Source: Methanocaldococcus jannaschii DSM 2661
GTDB lineage: Archaea; AGJL01; Methanococci; Methanococcales; Methanocaldococcaceae
NCBI RefSeq assembly: GCF_000091665.1
Contig: NC_000909.1
Location: 60,001-92,000, forward strand
DNA length: 32,000 nt
Direction of reading: 5' to 3'
Numbering within the stretch: position 1 is the stretch's first letter; each line of letters opens with the position of its first letter. Positions 9,243-16,826 of the stretch are shown here, piece by piece. The notes beneath the pieces are model-generated. The model searched no databases. It was not told the DNA's origin and saw nothing but the letters and a program-made list of their open reading frames with translations. A program made the position numbers and the translations under genes.

Positions 9243-10324
9243 TTCAGTAATTTCTTTATAGCATTCCATACTAAAAAACTTTGAGGCTTTAATGTCCCTT
9301 CTATTGGATTTAAAAACAATATATTTTTCTTAACTAAAAACTCTCTAATATTCTTAGGTATTTTTATATCTTCAATTTCATAATTTTCTTTAAATATCTT
9401 CAATGCATCAACTATTTTGTTATAAAGCTCTTCATCATCTTCTTTAACATCCTCTAAGAAGTATTTTAGCTTTTGGATTTCTTCTTTGAGCATGAACTCC
9501 AAGATATCCTTTAACTCCTTACCAAGCTTTAGCTTAATAATCACATCATAAACATCCTTTGGCTTCCCACCAACATAGCTATAAATTAGCTCCTTCTCAT
9601 CCTCAGAAAGTTTCCTGCCTAAAATATCCTCAGATAAAAAATCCATAAATTTTAAGGCAGTTTCCTTATCAAAGTCATCCACTAATATATAGTCAGCTCT
9701 CCCTCTGAGTTCAGCCCTATCATAAACATACTCAATAAATAAACTATCAGAGCTTAAACAAAAACAGTGCGTTATATGCAATTCCTTAGTCAATCTAACA
9801 AAAAAATTAAATAAATCATCTATCAACTCTCCATTAGATTTCAATCCTTTTAATCTCTGCAGTTCGTCAATAATAATTACAGGCTTTAGACCCTTTTTAT
9901 TCATCTCTCTAAAAACTCTCTCCAAGTATCTAAAAACATCAAAACCCTTCTGTTTGGATAGAATAACTTTTGCCAAGTCAGAAGGGAGAATAATGCTCTC
10001 ATTGAACAGTTTTGCTGTTTTTTCTATAAATTTGATGCCTTCAACTAAAACATCAGCATCTTTTACCATCTGTTTAAATTTGTTATCCTCCCTAATTTCA
10101 AACATTATATCAAAAAAATCACTATAAGATGATATTCTAACTCCTCTTAGATTATAGTAGAAGATTCTATATTTTTTGTCATCTTTTAATCTGTTGATTA
10201 TCTCCATCATTAGAGTAGTTTTCCCACTGTTTATAGGGCCGTAGATGAAGTAGATATTATCTGGAGTTTCATCCAAAATGCCCAAAATTTCATTAATCTC
10301 CCTCTCCCTATCAAAGAATTTCAT
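9233..10324 (-). CDS. Archaeal AAA-type ATPase (Arch_ATPase / COG1672-like), paralog 2
   Basis: It has FFDREREI, a Walker A (YGPINSGKT) and a Walker B (VIIIDELQ). The track start 10330 is TTG; ATG 10324 gives MKFFDRE, as in the paralog. The last three codons and the stop (NGH*) are encoded by the palindromic element arm ttaatgtccatt. Confidence 0.8.
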   Translation of the reverse strand: MKFFDREREINEILGILDETPDNIYFIYGPINSGKTTLMMEIINRLKDDKKYRIFYYNLRGVRISSYSDFFDIMFEIREDNKFKQMVKDADVLVEGIKFIEKTAKLFNESIILPSDLAKVILSKQKGFDVFRYLERVFREMNKKGLKPVIIIDELQRLKGLKSNGELIDDLFNFFVRLTKELHITHCFCLSSDSLFIEYVYDRAELRGRADYILVDDFDKETALKFMDFLSEDILGRKLSEDEKELIYSYVGGKPKDVYDVIIKLKLGKELKDILEFMLKEEIQKLKYFLEDVKEDDEELYNKIVDALKIFKENYEIEDIKIPKNIREFLVKKNILFLNPIEGTLKPQSFLVWNAIKKLLNGH

Positions 10325-10390
10325 TATCAATCCCTCTATGTTGATTATTTTATTCTAAATCTATATGAGATTGCAAATTTATAACTTTTG

Positions 10391-11539
10391 TTAAATCAAC
10401 ATATCAAACACCTTTTCTGCTGTTTTTGACGTTAGCTCATAAATTGTTACTGATACATCTGATATTTGCCTCAAACTAACTGTTGGTTTTGTGTTTATGC
10501 AGATAGAGTAAATCTTTATCTTCCTTCTCTGCTTCTCCTCCTTAATCTTCTCTAAGAACTCTAAAGAGACTTCACACTCTCCATCTGTTATAAAGACAAT
10601 ATCTCCATTAAACTTTAACGCCTCTCTTAAAGGTTTTTCAAAGTTTGTCCCTCCACCATAAAACACGGATGCAAATTCCAAAATCTCATCAAAAGATACC
10701 TTTTTTTCATAAATCTTTATATCTCTAACTCCATCATCAAATAAAATTGATATATATCTTTTATTTCTTTTTAAAGATATATCCATCAAACATAAGGCTA
10801 TTGCTTTAGCCCAAATCTCCTTATTTCCTCTCATAGAGCCACTTAAATCTAAGCAAACAACAAAATCCCCGCAGTTTTCATTATTCTCCAATATTTTATA
10901 ATTTAGAGGTTTATTTTCATTATATCTTCTCAATAAATCAACAAACAATATCTCTTCAGCAAAGTTTTTGTATTCTGATGATAATAAGTTTATTAAATTA
11001 TTTCCCAAGTTTATTGAATACTTCTCTCCAGAGAAGTGTTTAATCTTCGTTTTATACTTTTTTATAGCCATTCTTTTAAACTTTCCTAAAACTTTCATAA
11101 ATTCTTTAAGTTTGTTGTTTTTTAATAATTTTTCAGTCAATTCTAATTTTTTCTTTGGGTCTGTATAGCTTTTATATCCCTCACCAGAACCAAAAGAACT
11201 AAAAGATGATGTTATATTTTCCATATAACTCTCAAGCTCATCCAACAATTCACTTATATCCTCTTCTCTGCCCTTTTCTTTCAACTCCTTAAGCTTCTCA
11301 CAAAAGAATTCAGTGGCTATTAAAGAATAGTTTTCATCCAACGTAGTTATGGATTTTACATTCTTAAATCTTCTATCCCTCACAATCTTTTTGATTAAAT
11401 CAGTTTCAGTCAAAATTTCAACTTCATATTTAAAGAAGAGATAAAACACTATCTCCGTCTCTCTTTCACTTAAATGGAAGGTAATCTTATTCTTACATCC
11501 CTCCCAAACCATCTTATCATATTTGTCATATCTAATCAT
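10391..11539 (-). CDS. von Willebrand factor A (vWA) domain protein with a MIDAS motif and an uncharacterised N-terminal ~220 aa
   Basis: 382 aa. The C-terminal half has VVCLDLSGSM (DxSxS), ...GGGTNF..., and IVFITDGE, typical of vWA/MIDAS domains partnered with MoxR/RavA ATPases (ViaA/CoxE-like). Confidence 0.8.
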   Translation of the reverse strand: MIRYDKYDKMVWEGCKNKITFHLSERETEIVFYLFFKYEVEILTETDLIKKIVRDRRFKNVKSITTLDENYSLIATEFFCEKLKELKEKGREEDISELLDELESYMENITSSFSSFGSGEGYKSYTDPKKKLELTEKLLKNNKLKEFMKVLGKFKRMAIKKYKTKIKHFSGEKYSINLGNNLINLLSSEYKNFAEEILFVDLLRRYNENKPLNYKILENNENCGDFVVCLDLSGSMRGNKEIWAKAIALCLMDISLKRNKRYISILFDDGVRDIKIYEKKVSFDEILEFASVFYGGGTNFEKPLREALKFNGDIVFITDGECEVSLEFLEKIKEEKQRRKIKIYSICINTKPTVSLRQISDVSVTIYELTSKTAEKVFDMLI

Positions 11540-11619
11540 TCTTTCACCATAATACTAAATCTAAAATAAATCATAAAATATATATACTATCTTGTATAAA
11601 AGTATTACACGGTGAGAGT

Positions 11620-11961
11620 ATGGAGGTTAATCTCTTAAGTATATCTATAAAGCCCCCAATAAAAATACCTAAGAATAAAACGGTAGAGTTAGATGTTGAT
11701 TGGAACATTGAGTATAAAAAATTAGACGCAAAAAAATTCAACTTTGTTTGTAATATCAAAGCTTATGGAGACTTTTCCTTTGAAGCAAATATTGAAGGAG
11801 AGATAAGCACTGAAAATGATTATGATAACATCCCAGACTTTATATCTGTAAGTATAGTAGAGAATTTGATGAAATCTCTTCCTAAGTTAGTTAGCTATGC
11901 TCAACAATTCAGAATTGAGGAAAATGTATTTGTTAATCAGCCTTTATCTCTTGCATCATAA
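11620..11961 (+). CDS. Hypothetical 113-aa protein
   Basis: ATG is preceded by acggtgaga (GGTGA RBS, 5-nt spacer). The composition is non-repetitive and acidic. I recognise no motif. It is on the opposite strand to all its neighbours. Confidence 0.55.
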   Translation: MEVNLLSISIKPPIKIPKNKTVELDVDWNIEYKKLDAKKFNFVCNIKAYGDFSFEANIEGEISTENDYDNIPDFISVSIVENLMKSLPKLVSYAQQFRIEENVFVNQPLSLAS

Positions 11962-11962
11962 T

Positions 11963-12071
11963 TATAGTTTTTTGCAAACATCTTGAAATACATAAGGTTA
12001 TAATGAACGCCTTCTTATTGAAGGCGTTCAATTTTCCTTTATAATTTTAATTACTTTTGCAAAAAACTATA
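11963..12071. mobile_element. 109-nt MITE-like element, copy 1: perfect 16-bp terminal inverted repeats plus an 11-bp central hairpin
   Basis: TIRs are tatagttttttgcaaa (11963-11978) and tttgcaaaaaactata (12056-12071). The central hairpin is tgaacgccttc (12004-12014) / gaaggcgttca (12020-12030) with loop ttatt. It is about 85% identical over its full length to 31892-32000. Confidence 0.75.
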
Positions 12072-12674
12072 TAAACCATTATTTCCAAACTCTTTTAAAA
12101 TTAATGGGATAAATTCATAAACTAACTCCTTATCATATTTATAAAGCTCTTTTATCACATAGAGAGAATATTCGTTAAAATTTTCAAAAAGTTTTAATAA
12201 AATTGCCTCCTTATTATCTGATTTCATGATTAACTTAACCAGCACTTTGGCATAAACTTCATTATCCAATTTCTTTATAAGTTTTGGATATGCATAGATT
12301 GTTAGTTTTGAAGGGATGTTTGCCAAAGCCTCAGCACTTGCAAATCTAATGCATTCAAACTCACTATCTAAGAGTTTTATTAAATAAGGAATATAAATAT
12401 AAACCAAATTTGGATATTTAATGCCAACTTTTTCTATAATTTTTATGCAATAATATATAATAGCCTTATTCTTTGAGTCAGAAGTGTAGTGTGTAGATAT
12501 TATATCCTCAAACCCCCTCTCCTTCGTTGATGTCAATAACTCAAAAACATCATCTAAAATGTTTAACTTTGTTATCTCATCAACTTCCATTTGATATAGT
12601 TCCTTCAAAACCTTTAATTTTTCTCTATTTCCATAATTTAGTTTTAATTTCTTTCTATATTCTTCACAGTTCAT
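12051..12674 (-). CDS. HEAT/armadillo-like helical repeat protein
   Basis: 207 aa, all-helical in character, with a HEAT-type motif ECIRFASAEALANIPSK. Its start overlaps the upstream ATPase stop by 11 nt. The last 7 codons (YSFLQK*) are encoded inside the right TIR of the MITE-like element. Confidence 0.6.
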   Translation of the reverse strand: MNCEEYRKKLKLNYGNREKLKVLKELYQMEVDEITKLNILDDVFELLTSTKERGFEDIISTHYTSDSKNKAIIYYCIKIIEKVGIKYPNLVYIYIPYLIKLLDSEFECIRFASAEALANIPSKLTIYAYPKLIKKLDNEVYAKVLVKLIMKSDNKEAILLKLFENFNEYSLYVIKELYKYDKELVYEFIPLILKEFGNNGLYSFLQK

Positions 12675-13794
12675 TTAAAATCCCTTCAATATAATTATTA
12701 AATTCATCCGTCTCTTTAATTACCTCATCAATAAAGTCAGTTTTTCTTTTGTTTATTATAGCTTCATTCCTTATTTTTTTCAATTCTAATCTTATATATG
12801 CCATCTTACAGAGAATTTCAATTAACTTGTTATAATCTTTTTTACACTCTCCAATTTTCTTAATATCTATGTACTTAAGTTCATTTTTGAGATTTTTAAT
12901 AATTTCTGCCTTATCCAGCACTTGCTCAGCATATTTGTTTGTTATATCAAATATTACCTTTGAAACAATTAAGATATCATCTATATCATCCCAAAATATA
13001 TGTCTCAATATCTCTAAATCTTCAATTTCTGCCTCTCTTCTACCATTTAGATAGGCGAAGCACTTAATAGCTTTAACTGACTTTTTAAATCTCCTATCTG
13101 AAATATAGATGTGGTTTTGGGATAATTTCTTCTTTATATCTACCAAATATCCAATGATATTCTCTATATCAACTTCATTAGCTTTTTCTTGCATCTTTCT
13201 AAGTTCTTTTATTGATATGGTAGTTTTTGGTTTATACTCTTCATCTAATTTAATGAGCTTTACTAAATTCTCACAGCTTCTTATCCCTCTAACCACTTTC
13301 CTAAATAAAAATCTATCATAGAATGCCAACAACTCATTCTCCTCTGGCAATTCATTTGATGCACCAAACAAACTAATTAAAGGCACTTTCTCAATCTTAT
13401 CTCCATTGTGGTAAATTCTTTCATTGATTATTGATAATAAAGCGTTTAATATTGAACTGTTAGCCTTAAAAACTTCATCTAAGAATGCTATTTCTGCAGT
13501 TGGTAGATAACCAGATGTTTTTCTAACGAATCTGTCATTATCCTTTAACTCTTTAATGCTTAAAGGGCCGAATAACTCATCTTCGGTTGTGAATCTTGTT
13601 ATAAGTTTTTCAAAGTAGTTGGCGTTTATATGGGAAGCTATAGCCCTAATTAATTGTGATTTTGCAACTCCAGGATTTCCTAAGAATACAGTATGCTCAT
13701 TTGCTAAGATAGAAGTTAAGGCTATATCAATCTCCTCCCTTCTTTCTAAGAAATATGAGTTTAACTCCTCCCTAATCTTTTCAAGTTTGTGCAT
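12664..13794 (-). CDS. RavA/MoxR-type AAA+ ATPase
   Basis: Walker A is VFLGNPGVAKSQL. Walker B and sensor region are IAFLDEVFKANSSILNALLSIINER. Both align closely with my recollection of E. coli RavA ([34 protein letters not shown]). ATG 13794 (MHKLEKI) is preferred; the track start is TTG 13806. Confidence 0.85.
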   Translation of the reverse strand: MHKLEKIREELNSYFLERREEIDIALTSILANEHTVFLGNPGVAKSQLIRAIASHINANYFEKLITRFTTEDELFGPLSIKELKDNDRFVRKTSGYLPTAEIAFLDEVFKANSSILNALLSIINERIYHNGDKIEKVPLISLFGASNELPEENELLAFYDRFLFRKVVRGIRSCENLVKLIKLDEEYKPKTTISIKELRKMQEKANEVDIENIIGYLVDIKKKLSQNHIYISDRRFKKSVKAIKCFAYLNGRREAEIEDLEILRHIFWDDIDDILIVSKVIFDITNKYAEQVLDKAEIIKNLKNELKYIDIKKIGECKKDYNKLIEILCKMAYIRLELKKIRNEAIINKRKTDFIDEVIKETDEFNNYIEGILNEL

Positions 13795-13798
13795 GATT

Positions 13799-14182
13799 TC
13801 ACTCAATGCTGATTGTGGTTAGTTGAGCAAGTTCAACGCTACTAATACCTTTCAATTTATTTGTAAATTCTATTATCCTATCCCTCTGCCCTTTAATCGC
13901 AATCATCCTAATAATTTTTCCTTCAAATGGAATTTCGAGGGATATAATTACAATATCCTTATATTGGCTTTCCAATTTAACGATGTCTTCAACTGCCTTT
14001 GAGTTATATATAACGGTTATCTCACCAATCTTTGATTCAATTCTACTCAACCAGTCGTATTTTTTTACGTAGTATTCCAAAGCTCTTCTTATAAATTCTG
14101 AACGGGATATTCTTTCCTTATTAATAATTTCATCAACTTCCTTTAATAGATTTTTCTCGATGGTTAATGAAATCCGCTCCAT
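13799..14182 (-). CDS. NikR-fold transcription regulator (ribbon-helix-helix plus ACT-like C-domain) lacking all canonical Ni ligands
   Basis: The N-terminal RHH is ISLTIEKNLLKEVDEII..RSEFIRRALEYYV. The C-domain aligns with NikR (VIYN..., ...IAIKG...). The whole translation contains no His and no Cys. Its stop is 4 nt before (or 8 nt overlapping) the ATPase start. Confidence 0.7.
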   Translation of the reverse strand: MERISLTIEKNLLKEVDEIINKERISRSEFIRRALEYYVKKYDWLSRIESKIGEITVIYNSKAVEDIVKLESQYKDIVIISLEIPFEGKIIRMIAIKGQRDRIIEFTNKLKGISSVELAQLTTISIE

Positions 14183-14354
14183 GATATCACATGTAATATT
14201 TATTTTCTGGATAGTATTAATAACGATGTTTTATAAAAATATTGCTATTAAAGATTAATTTAAATATACAAATATTATGTTATGAATATTTTAATCTAAG
14301 ATAAAATTTTATATTAAAAATTAAACCGAAAATATTATATATGATGAATTTTGT

Positions 14355-14500
14355 TATATGGAGTATGCCATAGGAATCACTCCCACAATGGAACTTACGC
14401 AGAGGCTATACTCTATTTGCTATTGATGATACTTTTAGGCTTTCTTTATGATTCAAAAAAATGCGTAAGTTCTATTGAATAGGGCTCACCTCTGTGAGGA
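14355..14500. repeat. GC-enriched island with inverted repeats in the nikR-like/mrtB divergent intergenic region (degenerate palindromic-element copy or a structured RNA)
   Basis: There is a 16-nt inverted repeat, caatGgaacttacgca (14386-14401) and tgcgtaagttcTattg (14462-14477), with 15/16 complementary. A small hairpin cctc-tgt-gagg sits at 14489-14499. The ccatagga motif is shared with the 285-309 and 31014-31041 hairpins. Confidence 0.5.
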
Positions 14501-14600
14501 ATTCAAAATTTTTTTAAAGATTTTAAAGATTTTTTTAATTTTATCATTTTAATATTATTATTTTAACATTTTTTAGTAATTTTTAGGATAAAATAGAAAA

Positions 14601-14608
14601 TTTTATAT
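14601..14608 (+). promoter_or_regulatory. Candidate archaeal TATA box (tttatata, preceded by a purine-rich BRE-like gaaaat) for the mrt operon
   Basis: It is a perfect match to the methanogen TATA consensus TTTATATA, located 62 nt upstream of ATG 14670. This would give a leader of about 35 nt containing GGTG. Confidence 0.4.
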
Positions 14609-14669
14609 ACCTATTACTATCATTTTCTATAGCTGTAGTAATATATTAACAAAAAGGTTGGTGTTGGTA

Positions 14670-16013
14670 ATGTTACATTATGAAGATAGAATAGATTTGT
14701 ATGATGAAAGAGGAAAGTTGTTGGAGGAAAATGTTCCATTAGAAGCGATAAGTCCTCTAAAGAACCCAACAATTGAGAAAATAGTCAATGACATTAAGAG
14801 GAGCGTTGCTATAAACTTGGCAGGAATAGAAAACGCTTTAAAGACTGGAGCTGTTGGAGGAAAGGCATGTTTCTGTCCAGGGAGAGAGTTAGATTTACCA
14901 ATTGTAGAAAACGCTGAAATTATTGCTGAAAAGATTAAAAGAATGGTTCAAATTGAAGAAGATGATGACACAGTTGTTAAGTTAATCAACGGAGGTAAGC
15001 AATTACTATTACAATTGCCATCAAAGAGGTTGAGAGTAGCTGCTGATTACACAGTATCAGCGCTGATTGGAGGAGGAGCAACTGTTCAGGCAATTGTTGA
15101 TGCCTTTGATGTAGATATGTTTGACGCTCCTGTAGTAAAAACAGCAGTTATGGGGAGATACCCACAGACAGTAGATTTCCATGGTGCTAATATCGCTACA
15201 TTATTAGGACCTCCAGTTTTATTGGAAGGATTAGGTTATGGTTTGAGAAATATTATGGCAAACCATATTGTAGCAGTTACAAGGAAAAAAACATTGAATG
15301 CTGTTGCTTTGGCATCAATATTGGAGCAGACCGCAATGTTTGAAACGGGAGATGCTTTAGGGGCATTTGAAAGATTGCACTTATTAGGTTTAGCATTTCA
15401 GGGATTAAATGCCAACAACTTAACTTATGAGCTTGTTAAGGAAAACGGAAAGGATGGAACAGTTGGAACTGTAGTTGCTTCAGTTGTTGAAAGGGCTTTG
15501 GAGGATGGGGTCATAAGACCATTAAAAACAATGCCTTCTGGTTTCACCGTTTATGAACCAGTTGATTGGGCTTTATGGAATGCCTATGCTGCGTCAGGTT
15601 TAGTTGCTGCAGTTATTGTTAATGTTGGGGCAGCAAGGGCAGCTCAAGGAGTAGCTTCAACTGTCCTCTACTACAACGATATCTTAGAATACGAAACTGG
15701 TTTGCCAAGCGTTGATTTTGGTAGGGCAGAGGGGACAGCAGTTGGTTTCTCATTCTTCTCTCACTCAATATATGGAGGAGGAGGGCCTGGAACATTCCAT
15801 GGAAACCACGTCGTTACAAGACACTCAAAAGGATTTGCTATCCCATGTGCTGCAGCTGCAATGTGTTTAGACGCAGGAACTCAAATGTTCTCAGTTGAAA
15901 GAACATCAGCATTAGTAGGAACTGTTTATAGTGCTATTGACCACTTAAGAGAACCACTAAAGTATGTTGCTGAAGGTGCTGTAGAGGTTAAAGAGAAAGA
16001 AAAAGTAATTTAA
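14670..16013 (+). CDS. mrtB: Methyl-coenzyme M reductase isoenzyme II, beta subunit
   Basis: 447 aa from ATG 14670 (GGTG lies 6 nt upstream; the track start 14658 is TTG). [15 protein letters not shown] at the N-terminus and overall length match the MCR beta subunit. It is first in a B-G-A operon that lacks the C and D genes, which is the isoenzyme II arrangement I recall for M. jannaschii. Confidence 0.9.
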   Translation: MLHYEDRIDLYDERGKLLEENVPLEAISPLKNPTIEKIVNDIKRSVAINLAGIENALKTGAVGGKACFCPGRELDLPIVENAEIIAEKIKRMVQIEEDDDTVVKLINGGKQLLLQLPSKRLRVAADYTVSALIGGGATVQAIVDAFDVDMFDAPVVKTAVMGRYPQTVDFHGANIATLLGPPVLLEGLGYGLRNIMANHIVAVTRKKTLNAVALASILEQTAMFETGDALGAFERLHLLGLAFQGLNANNLTYELVKENGKDGTVGTVVASVVERALEDGVIRPLKTMPSGFTVYEPVDWALWNAYAASGLVAAVIVNVGAARAAQGVASTVLYYNDILEYETGLPSVDFGRAEGTAVGFSFFSHSIYGGGGPGTFHGNHVVTRHSKGFAIPCAAAAMCLDAGTQMFSVERTSALVGTVYSAIDHLREPLKYVAEGAVEVKEKEKVI

Positions 16014-16025
16014 AATGGTGATTGG

Positions 16026-16826
16026 ATGGCATACAAACCACAATTTTATCCTGGAAATACTTTAATTGCTGAGAATAGAAGAAAGCACATGAATCCAGAG
16101 GTTGAGTTAAAAAAGCTGAGAGACATTCCAGATGATGAGATAGTCAAAATATTGGGGCATAGAAACCCTGGAGAAAGTTATAAGACGGTTCATCCACCAT
16201 TGGAAGAGATGGATTTTGAAGAAGACCCAATTAAAGATATTGTTGAGCCGATTCAGGGGGCTAAAGAAGGAGTTAGAGTTAGATACATCCAGTTCGCTGA
16301 TTCGATGTATAACGCTCCAGCTCAGCCTTACGATAGGGCAAGAACATACATGTGGAGATTTAGAGGGATTGATACAGGAACACTATCAGGAAGGCAAGTT
16401 ATTGAGATGAGAGAGCTTGACTTAGAAAAAATCTCCAAGAATTTCTTAATTGACACAGAGTTCTTCGACCCGGCAACTTGTGGAATTAGAGGAGCTACTG
16501 TCCACGGGCACTCATTAAGATTGGATGAAAACGGTTTGATGTTCGATGGTTTGCAGAGATACATCTATGATGAAAAGACAGGACACGTTTTGTATGTTAA
16601 AGACCAGGTTGGAAGACCATTGGATGAGCCAGTAGATGTTGGAGAGCCATTACCACACGATTATTTGGCAAAAATAACAACAATTTACAGAAAGGATAAC
16701 ATCGGAATGAGAGAAGATAAAGAAGCTTTAGAAGTTGTTCAAATAATCCATGAGGCAAGAACAAAAGGAGGATTTGGTTTAGAAGTATTTAAAAAAGATT
16801 TGAAAAAGAGATTAGGTGAAGAATAA
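16026..16826 (+). CDS. mrtG: Methyl-coenzyme M reductase isoenzyme II, gamma subunit
   Basis: 266 aa. [24 protein letters not shown] is the canonical MCR gamma N-terminus. There is a 12-nt gap after mrtB and a TAATG overlap with mrtA. Confidence 0.92.
   Translation: MAYKPQFYPGNTLIAENRRKHMNPEVELKKLRDIPDDEIVKILGHRNPGESYKTVHPPLEEMDFEEDPIKDIVEPIQGAKEGVRVRYIQFADSMYNAPAQPYDRARTYMWRFRGIDTGTLSGRQVIEMRELDLEKISKNFLIDTEFFDPATCGIRGATVHGHSLRLDENGLMFDGLQRYIYDEKTGHVLYVKDQVGRPLDEPVDVGEPLPHDYLAKITTIYRKDNIGMREDKEALEVVQIIHEARTKGGFGLEVFKKDLKKRLGEE

Noticed and set aside
14341-14429. Possible C/D-box sRNA (atgatga at 14341-14347 and tgatga at 14424-14429)
   Set aside because: No CUGA D box lies at the expected 50-70 nt downstream on the same strand, and there are no terminal complementary ends. 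C-box-like heptamers are expected by chance in AT-rich DNA.
14516-14533. Tandem aaagatttt x2 as a stand-alone regulatory site
   Set aside because: Two copies of an AT-rich 9-mer are weak evidence in DNA of about 30% GC. It is kept only as a detail inside the intergenic-region finding.
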